This document shows positions 53,434 through 64,000 of a stretch of 64,000 bases of DNA, in pieces. How positions within the stretch are numbered: position 1 is the stretch's first letter; each line of letters starts with the position of its first letter. The notes beneath the pieces are model-generated. The model was not told the DNA's origin and did not search any database. It saw only the letters and a list, made by a program, of their open reading frames with translations. The position numbers and the translations under genes were made by a program. This DNA is from Octopus sinensis (taxonomy: Eukaryota): NCBI RefSeq assembly GCF_006345805.1, contig NC_043002.1, forward strand, positions 17,422,001-17,486,000. The letters run 5' to 3'.

Positions 53434-54388
53434 TAAAAAAATGCAAGGAACATACAGGTAGAACACCATCTTCTGATATTTACGCTGCAGAGTGAAACAA
53501 GTAATTTAAAGAAAGAATTACATATAATATATCCATAAAGTGTCATGTCTAACACTAATGATATAGACGCTACTATCTCTCCAGTACTGAAGAAAAACAT
53601 TTAATATCTCTGAAGCAAGGGAAATCGTAAATATCTATGTTATAAAATTTTCATTGTGTGGTAACGTATTAACGAATGAAGCGAATTATGTTCCTGGATT
53701 TCCTATCAGAGATTCAGATAATTACAGTAGGAATTTATTGAGAAACTTAATGCTGAGGATATGAAACTTTCGATGCTGCCATTGTTTGCGAGAACATTGA
53801 CTCTCATTCAAGTAATCTTAATAATATATTGCTTCTTGAAATGGATGACTATCATGTTTATAAAACTGCATCTCCAAAAGTATTATTTGTAATTTTGAGG
53901 GTATTTGGTTAGCAATTATGTAAGCAAAGACACACATGGAAAAAAATGAAACTGTAGGGACCCTTGCAAAGGTAGCATCGTTGTTAAACACAGACGTACA
54001 AAAATTAATATACCATATGCCTAGCGGACATTACGTAATTGGTTTAACATGTATTTAATTGATGTGTAAGTTGAGTCAAAAATGCATGATTGAAATATAT
54101 TTTTTTACATTTTCTTGTTCTCTTTGTAAGGTCGGTGTGGAAAATGTGTCAGAAATCCCTTTGAGTAAGAAACGTGGATCCCACAACGCGATTTTCCGTA
54201 GTACAGTTTACGATAGAAAGGCAAGGTTGCAAAACGTATTTTAAACGCCTGTTTGGCAGCCTTGAGAAGTTAAACATACATCGGAGACAGTATACCTAAT
54301 ATGATTTGTCGAAATTCACTGACACTGTACGCACGCGCGAGAAAGAGCGCATTTACGCACACATATGTTTAAAATCTAACAATCAACT

Positions 54389-55071
54389 TGTAATAAATAT
54401 AGGGAGAATTACAACCGTATTTCGTGGTCAGCTACCACAACGGCTCCTTTATTGGATCCTGTTAGCTCAAGACATCATCAGGAGGAACCACGTCCGGTTT
54501 CGGCCCCTACTCCTCAACCGTTTTGACGTGGCGAGCCCCCAACCCCCGCTTTCGGAGGTGTCTTCAGCTCTGGTGTTGGGTGCATGTCTTCTTTCTTCTG
54601 TTCCCCGGCCTCTTCGATGTATCGTCAACGAGTGTCAGCCGGTGACTGACTGACTTGTCAACTTTAACTGAGCAATGAAGGCGCGTAGTCTTAGCCCACG
54701 CATTCTCTAAACGACCGTCACCTATCAGTCAGCGAAGCTGATTCAGTGTCAGCTTGTCTCACCTAGTGATGTTATTTCCCGCCGGCATGTTATGACTTTC
54801 AAGCCATTTTCGGTCTTCCCGCTTCAGCCTTATTTAGAAGCTGGCTTTTTCGACCGCCTCCTGTACTCTCCTTATTGGTTTTCGCAGCTCGGAGCTAGAA
54901 AAAGCAAATCTTCTTTTGAATAGCGTTGTCATTTTTCTTTGTCATTGAAGCCTCTATCCCCCACAATACTCAACATTCCATCCCTGTTATCTGCATTCAT
55001 TGATTAGTTTTTCATGCCTCTCCTCCTTTCGCTCCTCTGCATTGCCGATGTTCTCTTCCCATGGCACTACA
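54389..55071 (-). mobile_element. Probable solo LTR (Gypsy-like)
   Basis: TG...CA ends with short inverted termini (TGTAAT / TGTAGT); flanks AACT / AATT; AATAAA on the minus strand near the 3' end; GC-richer than its surroundings. Confidence 0.55.
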
Positions 55072-55084
55072 AATTTTGATTTGA

Positions 55085-55295
55085 TTTTTTAGTTTGATGT
55101 AAAATTTTTTATATGAGCATTATACTTACATACATACGTACACAAATAAATACATACATACATATCTATACATATACATACATATATATATATACATTCA
55201 TATATGCATGCATACATACATATATATATATACATATATATATATAATATATATACATATATACATACATATATATATATACATATATATATAAC

Positions 55296-55342
<47 letters not shown>

Positions 55343-55396
55343 ATACATGCATATATATATATATATAATATATATATATATAATATATATACATAT

Positions 55397-55454
<58 letters not shown>

Positions 55455-55471
55455 CTATATATATATATATC

Positions 55472-55505
<34 letters not shown>

Positions 55506-55535
55506 ATATATATATAATATATATATATATATGTA
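55085..55535. repeat. (TA)n/(CATA)n compound microsatellite
   Basis: Direct inspection. Confidence 0.9.
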
Positions 55536-55566
55536 TGTATAAGGGTGAAAAGGAACACACGAGTTG

Positions 55567-56079
55567 ATATATATGAAAAAACAAGTAAAAAATAGAAAAT
55601 GCTAAAATAATTTTATAGTGAACATTTCAGTACCGGTTCGGTCATTTTGAGACCTTTTCAACTGTAACGATTAAATAATTAAATTTAGAAAAATTAGAAG
55701 AAAATTTTTTTTAAAAGAATATTTCTATAGTAGTGTTCAGATTTAAGTGGCATTCTGCCTTTCTCTGACTCCCTTGTTTGCACTTGTGTGTTCGAGGTAG
55801 TTCCTCACCAGCCTTCCCTCTACTACCCTACCAAGAACTCACAACTACCTCGAACACACAAGTGCAAACAAGGGAGTCAGAGAAAGGCAGAATGCCACTT
55901 AAATCTGAACACTACTATAGAAATATTCTTTTAAAATAACTTTTCTTCTAATTTTTCTAAATTTAATTATTTAATCGTTACAGTTGAAAAGGTCTCAAAA
56001 TGACCGAAACCGGTACTGAAATGTTCACTATAAAATTATTTTAGCATTTTCTATTTTTTACTTGTTTTTTCATATATAT
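55567..56079. mobile_element. Foldback element with 236-bp inverted repeats (Penelope-type terminus)
   Basis: Arms 55567-55802 / 55843-56079 (2 mismatches, 1 indel), 40-nt spacer; HHR-like motif at 55981-56018. Confidence 0.9.
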
Positions 56080-56095
56080 ATATATATATACATAC

Positions 56096-56251
56096 TTTCT
56101 TTAAAGCAGCAGAAAACTCAACAAAATCTGTTACTCTGAGTTTCTCGTTGCCGTTCATCAGACAGTTTTTGCTAGCAAAAACTGTCTGATGAACGGCAAC
56201 GAGAAACTCAGAGTAACAGATTTTGTTGAATTTGCTGCTGCTTTAAAGAAA
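56096..56251. repeat. 156-bp zero-spacer palindrome
   Basis: 78-bp arms centred on GCT|AGC (56173/56174); 2 mismatches, both distal. Confidence 0.95.
56177..56224 (+). ncRNA. Minimal type I hammerhead fold (mirrored on the minus strand at 56123-56170)
   Basis: Helix I AAAA-CTGT / ACAG-a-TTTT; core CTGATGA; helix II A-CG-GCAA-CG-A; GAAA; helix III ACT-CAG-AGT; GTA^ after 56215. Confidence 0.7.
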
Positions 56252-56321
56252 ACATATTACTCTACCACTGGTATTTGAGTACTCTTTTTTCCACCTTGTT
56301 TCACATTTATGTGTTTACTCC

Positions 56322-56357
<36 letters not shown>

Positions 56358-56374
56358 ACTACATATATATCATT

Positions 56375-56580
56375 TTCTGCTTAAGGCACAAGGTTCGAAA
56401 TTTGGGGGTAGGGGGCCAGTCGATAAGATCGACCAACATATGCAACTGGTACTTAATTTATCGACCTCGAAAGGATGAAAATCTAAGTCGAACTCGGTGG
56501 AATTTATCTCAGAACGTGCAGACAGACGACATACTGCTAAGCTTTTCGCCCAGCGTGTTAAATCTTCTGCCAGCACACCG
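56375..56580 (-). mobile_element. SINE family A
   Basis: TTAATTTATCGACCTCGAAAGGATGAAA...GTCGAACTCGGTGGAATTT. Confidence 0.8.
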
Positions 56581-56604
56581 CTTTACATATATATAAATGA
56601 AGGC

Positions 56605-56900
56605 GTGTAGATTAATGAATGTATTTACCTCCAAAGTGTAAGGTCATGAGTTCGATTCCTAGCGGCGCGATTAGTCCTTAAGGAAGAATCCATAATTCAC
56701 GCTGCTGCACTCCACTCAGCTGGGAAAACATAGTTGTACCTATAATGCAAAGATACAGCCTTGTTACATTTTGTCTCACGCTGGATCACCCTCAGATCCT
56801 CTTTAAAGGTGTGCCTACCCGTGGAGTGCTCAGTCATTTGTACGTTAATTTCACGAGCGAACTCTCCCGTTGATCACATCTCGGATCAACTGGAACATAT
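56605..56900 (+). mobile_element. SINE family C variant
   Basis: B box GAGTTCGATTCC; CACTCCACTCAGCTGG core; tail TGATCACATCTCGGATCAACTGGAAC. Confidence 0.65.
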
Positions 56901-57138
56901 ATGTATATGAGAGAAAGAACTAGTTTTATATATCTGAGTGAGATATATGTAATAACGGCAATGAATGATAAAAGTTTATGGTCACTATGACATGGAAGTC
57001 CTGCTTAGGACGATATTACTACACTTTAACCCCAGGAAAACTTACACACACACATATACACACATACGTACACACACACACACACACGTATATATATATA
57101 CACATACAAATACAAACATACATATATGTATCTGTGAT

Positions 57139-57175
<37 letters not shown>

Positions 57176-57212
57176 ATATATATATATTGTATATATATAT
57201 AATATATATATA

Positions 57213-57243
<31 letters not shown>

Positions 57244-57421
57244 ACATCACATATACATATATCTATGTTTGTATTTGTATGTGTATATATATATATACGC
57301 GTGTGTGTGTGTGTATGTGTGTGTGTGTGTGTACGTATGTGTGTGTATCTGTCTGTGTATGTTTTCCTGGGGTTAAAATGTAGTAACATAGTCTTAAGCA
57401 GTACTGCTATGTCATAGTGAC

Positions 57422-57487
<66 letters not shown>

Positions 57488-58300
57488 TATATCTGTCTGT
57501 GTGCGTTTGTGCGTATGATTATATTGGCCCTAAGTCTGATGCTTATGTTCTGTAAACAAAACAGAATCACACCCAGTCAAAAATCAAACAGTTTATTTTA
57601 CAGTCTGCACCTAAGTAAATATGTATGATATAAACATTGAATTTCATAGTTTTCGGAAAACCGTATTAGATTGATTGATGACCTTTTTGCAAAATTAATT
57701 TTATCGCATTTCCAACTTTTATTCCACCCATGTAATTTGCTTTAATATGTTATTATTTGAAATACGATATTCTAAATATTTTTCTTTGCTTATCTCTGTT
57801 ACGTAAAAATCTATAAAAATACATCCGGGATATCAACATAACTTAATACTGCGTATGATGTGAATCTATAATATCTCTCATAAAATTAATCTACTTGTTT
57901 TTAAGTTCTTTTTTTTTTATTGGTTGTATTTATCGCTCACCGATTTATTTACTTTGGTATCGTTGAGTGATCAAAATATTTACAAGTTAACAACTAGCGC
58001 ACTTTATCGCATAAGAATCATCTTCTTGCATTCATTGACATCTGATGATTATTGGAATATTTTTCTATTAATACAACCAGGGGTACATAGAGAAAAATGT
58101 AAGCAATAAAAAGTTTAAATATTGGGAGTCAATGAATGAATATTAATACGATACTTCGAGCTACTACAAATAAGTGGTACATTTTTCTCAAGGCACACCT
58201 TATTGCACCTTAAAAAAGAATAGAGCAAGTTATATGACAGTCATAGATATACATACAATGTATACGCAAAATACATATATGCCTACATACATATATACAC

Positions 58301-58367
<67 letters not shown>

Positions 58368-58376
58368 ATATATATA

Positions 58377-58720
58377 GGGAAAGAATTCACAAAAAAGCAA
58401 AGGACGAAGACAGGTGGTGTAGACAACAAACAGATGTATTAGTATAACGCTCAGGAATAGAAAAAGTCTTTAACGTTTCGAGCCTACGCTCTTCTATAGA
58501 AAGGGACATATATATAGGGGGAGAATTCACAAAAAAGCAAAGGGCGAAGACAGGTGGTGTAGACAACAAACATGTGTATTAGTATAACGTCCGTGAAGGG
58601 AAAAAGTCTTTAACGTTTCGAGCCTACGCTCTATCACAGAAAGGAACACAGAAAGAAACAAGGAGAGAAAATAAAGAAAGTGTAGTGACTAGCGATATAT
58701 CATGGCGAATACCGGACAGA
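58377..58720 (-). mobile_element. Tandem 140-bp Penelope-type terminal repeats with minimal hammerhead-like motifs
   Basis: Two copies 140 nt apart; minus-strand CTTT-CTGTGATA/CTATAGAA-GAGC-GTAG-GCTC-GAAAC-GTT-AAAG at 58607-58644 and 58467-58504. Confidence 0.65.
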
Positions 58721-59644
58721 AGGTTCATATTTATTTTTTTTTTTTTTCTTCTTTCAATTTTTATCGGAACCGCAGATGTGTTTCATACGAAAGAATTCAT
58801 CTTTAAAGTGGCTTCTAAGAAAGACTTGAGCATGATACGTATTTGAATAACCGCTGGTGAGCCTAGCAGGAATGAAATATGGAAATCAATACAAACTATG
58901 AAGATGGTTCAGCATTTACTATTTCTCTCTTCTTTTTAAATATTTTACGTTAATGATTATGTTAAACTACAGAGAAGCCGAAGTTGCTAAAGTTGTATAT
59001 TGCGACGTTTATTTAACCAGATTTCCAATAGCTTTTGAGAAGATATCTGCAATATATAAATATGCATTCACACTGGATTTAAAGTTTCAGCCGATCTAAA
59101 TTCCCTTTGAATCTAGAATAGATAATGTTAATGCCTGATCTATGGATTCTTGAGCTTTTCATGCCAGAATATATTTCGCCTACCGTGGCTGCACATTCGA
59201 TAGAATTAATGACAAAATAACTGCAGTATAATACAAGAAGTTGGTTAAAAGTTGCGTTTAAATGGTGCCATTGGAGACTTTGGCTGTGTACGCTTTTATC
59301 TTCAATTGCATTTAATTACATACACGCTCATTTCATTGACTGACACATTATCATTAGGCTTCCTTTGAGTTGAGCTCACTCTTCTGCTTTATACATACGT
59401 GTAACTCATTCTCTCTTCCTTCCCCCGCTCTTTCTGTTTCCTAAGATATTTATATAACATTTAAATACGCATACGTTTGTACACCTCATACGCATGTACA
59501 CAGCGCATACGTATGTGCACCTCACTTACGTACGTAGGTATCTGCCTGTCTACTTACCTACCTATCTACCTACATGCTTACCGACCAACTAACTTACATA
59601 TACGTATCTCTATATATATGTGTGTGTGTGTGTGTGTGTAGGTA

Positions 59645-60065
59645 TCTCTTTTACTCTTTTACTCTTTTACTTGTTTCAGTCATTTGACTGCGGCCATGCT
59701 GGAGCACCGCCTTTAGTTGAGCAAATTGACCCCGGGACTTATTCTTTGTAAGCCCAGTACTTATTCTATCGGTCTCTTTTGCCGAACCGCAAGGTTACAG
59801 GAACCTAAACACACCAGCATCGGTTGTCAAGCAATGCTAGGGGGACAAACACAGACACACAAACACGCACACACACATAAATATATATATAAATACATAT
59901 ACGACAGGCTTCTTTCAGTTTCCGTCTACCAAATCCACTCACAAGGCATTGGTCGGCCCAGGGCTATAGCAGAAGACACTTGCCCAAGATGCTACGCAGT
60001 GGGACTGAACCTAGAACCATGTGGTTGGTAAGCAAGCTACTTACCACACAGCCACTCCTGCACCT
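59645..60065 (-). mobile_element. SINE family B, complete
   Basis: Reverse complement of the 34228-type element with (AAAAGAGT)n tail. Confidence 0.92.
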
Positions 60066-60214
60066 ATATCGTATATTACTATATATATATATATATATAC
60101 ATATATAACGATATATTTATGTATACATGCCTGACTACCTACCTACCTACCTACCTACCTACCTACATATATATGTATATGTGTAATTATATATATATGT
60201 GTGTGTATGTTTGT

Positions 60215-61385
60215 GTGTGTATCTTCTATGGATTTCAGCCAGAGGGTGAGGACATGCTGGTGTACCGCCTTTACTGCATCTGGGGATTTTTACAGTTTTG
60301 CTTCTAGTGAAGTAGCATGTTGGATGTTGACGCTCTTCTTTGTGCTTTTTGCTGCGATGCTGGTTCATCCAGTATTGCAGATGAAAAAAACTGTCCAGAG
60401 CTTTTTTGAAGACTTACCTGTAAACGCTTTGCAGATCCCAGATTTTCTGTGGTAGGACATTAGAAATTTGTGGCGTTAGATAGTTTCTAGTTCCGCAATT
60501 AGTAGTACACTCTGTGGGGACCACAGTTGGGAGCAGTAGTCCAGGCGACTGAGGACAATAGTTCTTCAAAACAGAATCACTGTGTCCCTGTCCTTTGTTC
60601 GGAAGGAGCTAAGGATCCAACCTACCACTTGGCTGCACAGTGTTGCCATCTGAGCAATGCGCACGTGAAAAGTTGCGTCGTTGACCATGCGGATTCCTTG
60701 GTCACGCACGGACTCTAACTCTGGAATTACATTGTTTGCTGGCTGATAGCGGAGTGCTTGAAATTTTGAGCCACTGAACTGAATATCATTCTCATCAGCC
60801 CATTTATATATTGCGTTCTGTTCATCTGTAGTCCTAGGATATCAGTAGGATCCTTGACCGCTTGCGATATTTTTGTGTCATCGGCGTATCTGGTGACTGT
60901 GGATGACGCTATGGATGAGTCCAAGCGCTGTTTCCTTGGGGACTTCACTGTAGAATGGTGTCACTTCAGAGAGAGCACCATTTGCTGTGATAGCCTGACT
61001 TCTGCCCTTCAGAAAAATCATGCGGCAACTCTCCCAGTCTACCAGCCATACCGAGGTCACCCAATTTGTGACATATTATCCCATGATACAGTTTGTGAAA
61101 GACCTTGGCAATGTCGAGATATATCCCATCCACATTTGAATGGTTCGGCTGTTGTTTTAGTCCCCAGTCGAAGTACTGTAGTAGCTGTGTTAGGCCACCA
61201 TGTTGCATGACTGTAAGCAAGTCATTTTCTTATAGGAACGTGGTCTGTCTTTTTCTGACAATGTGTTCCAGGATCTTGCTGATGTGTGAGGTCAGAGAGA
61301 TAGGACTGTAGTTTACAGCATCTGCTCTGCTTCCTCCTTTGTGGACACGGCACTTTATTCCTTCTTTTAACGTTTGAGGAAATGT
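60215..61385 (-). mobile_element. Degenerate CR1-clade LINE RT fragment
   Basis: NYSPISLTSHISKILE, QHG, GIYLDIAKVFHKL, RYADDTKISQAVKDP, with many frameshifts. Confidence 0.85.
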
Positions 61386-61402
61386 AGCACATTCAAGGGA
61401 AA

Positions 61403-61450
<48 letters not shown>

Positions 61451-62333
61451 AGTTACTAATGTAGAATAGCACATCTTTAATTCAGGATTACATCATACAA
61501 AGGCCGTTACTTGTTTTTATTACCTAAGTATTTTTAGATAAAATTAATGGCTCATTATACCCATCGGTCCATAATGGATCGATTTAACTTCACAGCCGAT
61601 GTGAGAATATACAAGATTCTTTAACTGCAAGATAGTTTAAAGCTATATAATAGGTGCTCCTACATTTTGTTGTACATTGTAAAGAGAGACAGCTGTCGAA
61701 GAAAATTGAGAATGCTTAGATGTCAGCAGCGTTTCTCTCAACTACTAAAGTATGAAACGACTTATGTAATCTGGATCAGGCTGGTAGCTGTCGAAAGTTG
61801 GCAGCATTAACATTCTGCACAATGTTATCTTCTAAACGGAGGATGGCACAATCACTAAGCTATGCATCGATTCTATAAATATCTAAGGGCCTAGCATGAA
61901 GTTTCAACGACATTTCTTAAGATAAGTCTCCACTTTTTTTAGAATTTTGTTATCTCCATGCTAAATGCGAACATGTAATTGAAATATTGTTCTTAGTTGA
62001 AGCAGAACTTTTACAAAGTAGGTTGTATTTAGTGCTATGCTAATAGTAGTAGTATGATAAAGCGTGTCTCTTAGTTTGCAAATATTGGTTTTATTGTGAT
62101 ATACATTCAACGCATAAACACACGCACGATGTGAGATGAGAGACATATATTACCTGAAATGACCAGAGGGAGAGATTTTAGTTCCATGCATAATCTTCTA
62201 GTCAAGTTTCAAAAATTTAAGTAGAATATTAGAATTACTCATTTGAATAGAAGCTACGTGGTTTCAAATGAAACTGAGAAAGGTTAGTTGCCAGCACAGT
62301 TAATCTCTACACCTGTAGTATGAAACGACTTAC

Positions 62334-62399
62334 GTAATGAAGATCAGGCTGGTAGCGGTCGAATATTGGTAGCATTAACATCCTGCAGAATGTTAACTC
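62334..62399 (-). CDS. Candidate 66-nt symmetric host exon, product unknown
   Basis: Acceptor ATCCTCTGTTTAG, donor TAC|GTAAGT; only frame 0 is open (ELTFCRMLMLPIFDRYQPDLHY); paralogous copy at 61766-61831. Confidence 0.3.
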
Positions 62400-64000
62400 C
62401 TAAACAGAGGATGGCAGGATCACCAGATTTCTGGAATCACAACTGCCCGACAAACCGAACATGAAACTCTGAGTAGAATTCTTTTGTGATATTTTGTGAT
62501 GTGTTGCAGCTTTAAGAATAAAGTATGTATATACACCTGCTGGTCCCGTGCCATCAAAAATGATGGCTAATTGTTTTTTTTCTTCTTTTTTTCATTTTTC
62601 TTTTCTTTTTTCCCTTTTTTTCTTTTCCTTTTTTTCTTTTTTTCTTAATTTTTGTTCTTTTTTTCCCTTTTACGATCCCTTTTGATCGAAAACCTACGCC
62701 ACCTTTTTTTTTCCTCCCCCAAAAGAAAAGCTCTACCTTGTAACTTGTCCCATCTGTGTGCAGCCCTGTGTGGCCAATAAAGAAACTTAATTGTAGTATT
62801 TTATACATAAATAAGGTACAAAACTATGTTTTTTTTAGTTTTATAATTCTTTTATTACCAATTTTTTTTTGTGAAAACTTTATCCGCAACTAATATCCAT
62901 TAACTACATCTTTCCTTCAACAGAATTTTAAAGTTTTTCCTCCTTCTTATACGAGTTAAGGCCACATAAAGCTGGCCCTGAATAAATACAGGAACTTTTC
63001 GAAGCGATATTTCGTTTCAATTGCGCTATTCATTACTGAAACCGACATAACCTCTTACAACTTAAAACCATAAAAAGAAATCTGTGACTTATAGTTGATG
63101 TTGCAAAAATTTCCTGTGCAAAATTTATTGCATAAATTTTTTTAAATAAAAATAAATTAGGCACATGTATGAACAATAAAATGTGTATTCATGATATACT
63201 TTTCAACTGCAGTCGTTTTATATTCTTCATAAATTCAGGCAATAATTATTGTCTCTACGGAGTTGATATATGTATATGTTTGTGTAAATGTGTATGATTA
63301 CATTAACTATTTGTAACACAACAGATAGAATATGGATGGTAATTCAAATTGATAAACTTCTCAATATGATCTAGTGGTTGTACATTGATCATAGTAAATT
63401 ATTGACAGAACGTTAGTTACTTAATGTATAGTTACTGAAAGAACAATGGGAAAAAATTTCTAAACATAAATAAAGAATACTCTGAACTGTTAAGTTAAGA
63501 TCTGTATTTATAACATGCCGTTCAACTGGAGTTGTATTATATTCTTGATACAGTCCGGCTATAATTATTTTCTCTAATGAGTTTCTATATGTATATGCTT
63601 GTGTAGGTGTGTGTGTGCGATTGTAATACTTATTCTTAACAAAACAGACAGAATATGGATGGTAAATCAAATTAAAATACTTGTTATCAATGTTATCTAA
63701 TGGTTGTCTTTTGAAAGGTGACATCGATTATCGTTTGTTACTGACAGAACGCTGGTTCACATACAAACATAAATATACACATGTACTCACACGGAGTTGA
63801 ACCACTGTTTGATTTTTCCTTTTGGCGTTGAATGTTCACCATCCCACATCCATTATTCACACATATACACGTACACATACACACACACAAACACACACAA
63901 GCATTCACATGCTCCATTTTATATATATACACATATACTCACGCAGAGTTCAAGAGCCGTTTGGTATTTTTTCACCGTAGATTTTCCATCACCCCACTAC

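Noticed and set aside
62554-62808. Lysine-rich 84-aa ORF
   Set aside because: Translation of a T/C low-complexity tract next to a SINE tail.

Overview
Eukaryotic, AT-rich, repeat-saturated intronic/intergenic DNA. No intact host protein-coding gene, rRNA or CRISPR array is supportable. The SINE repertoire, extreme (TA)n/(CA)n/(GATA)n density and TTAGGG-type repeats suggest an octopus (cephalopod) genome; this is an inference. Nearly all ORF-track entries are microsatellite artefacts. Real coding remnants are all transposon-derived: CR1-type, RTE-type and RLE-type (R4/Dong-like) LINE fragments, a 5'-truncated Penelope-like element (RT plus GIY-YIG), a full-length dead mariner, and further mariner/Tc1/pogo remnants. 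Also present are MITEs, a non-autonomous Helitron, a probable solo LTR and several tRNA-derived SINE families. The most notable signal is a recurring set of type I hammerhead-ribozyme (HHR) folds in tandem or foldback elements that sit in or next to (TA)n tracts. The best case is an ORF-less, highly structured element at 20255-21143 with two complete hammerheads 496 nt apart (retrozyme-like). Others are a zero-spacer 156-bp palindrome with one HHR on each strand (56096-56251), and an HHR-like fold at the 3' end of the Penelope element whose 3' half is mirrored at its 5' inversion. Also notable: a minimal tRNA-Thr SINE whose tail matches a CR1 3' end in the same window, and a MITE with an 8-bp TSD that carries telomeric repeats. 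Ribozyme folds were paired by eye and have not been tested for activity.
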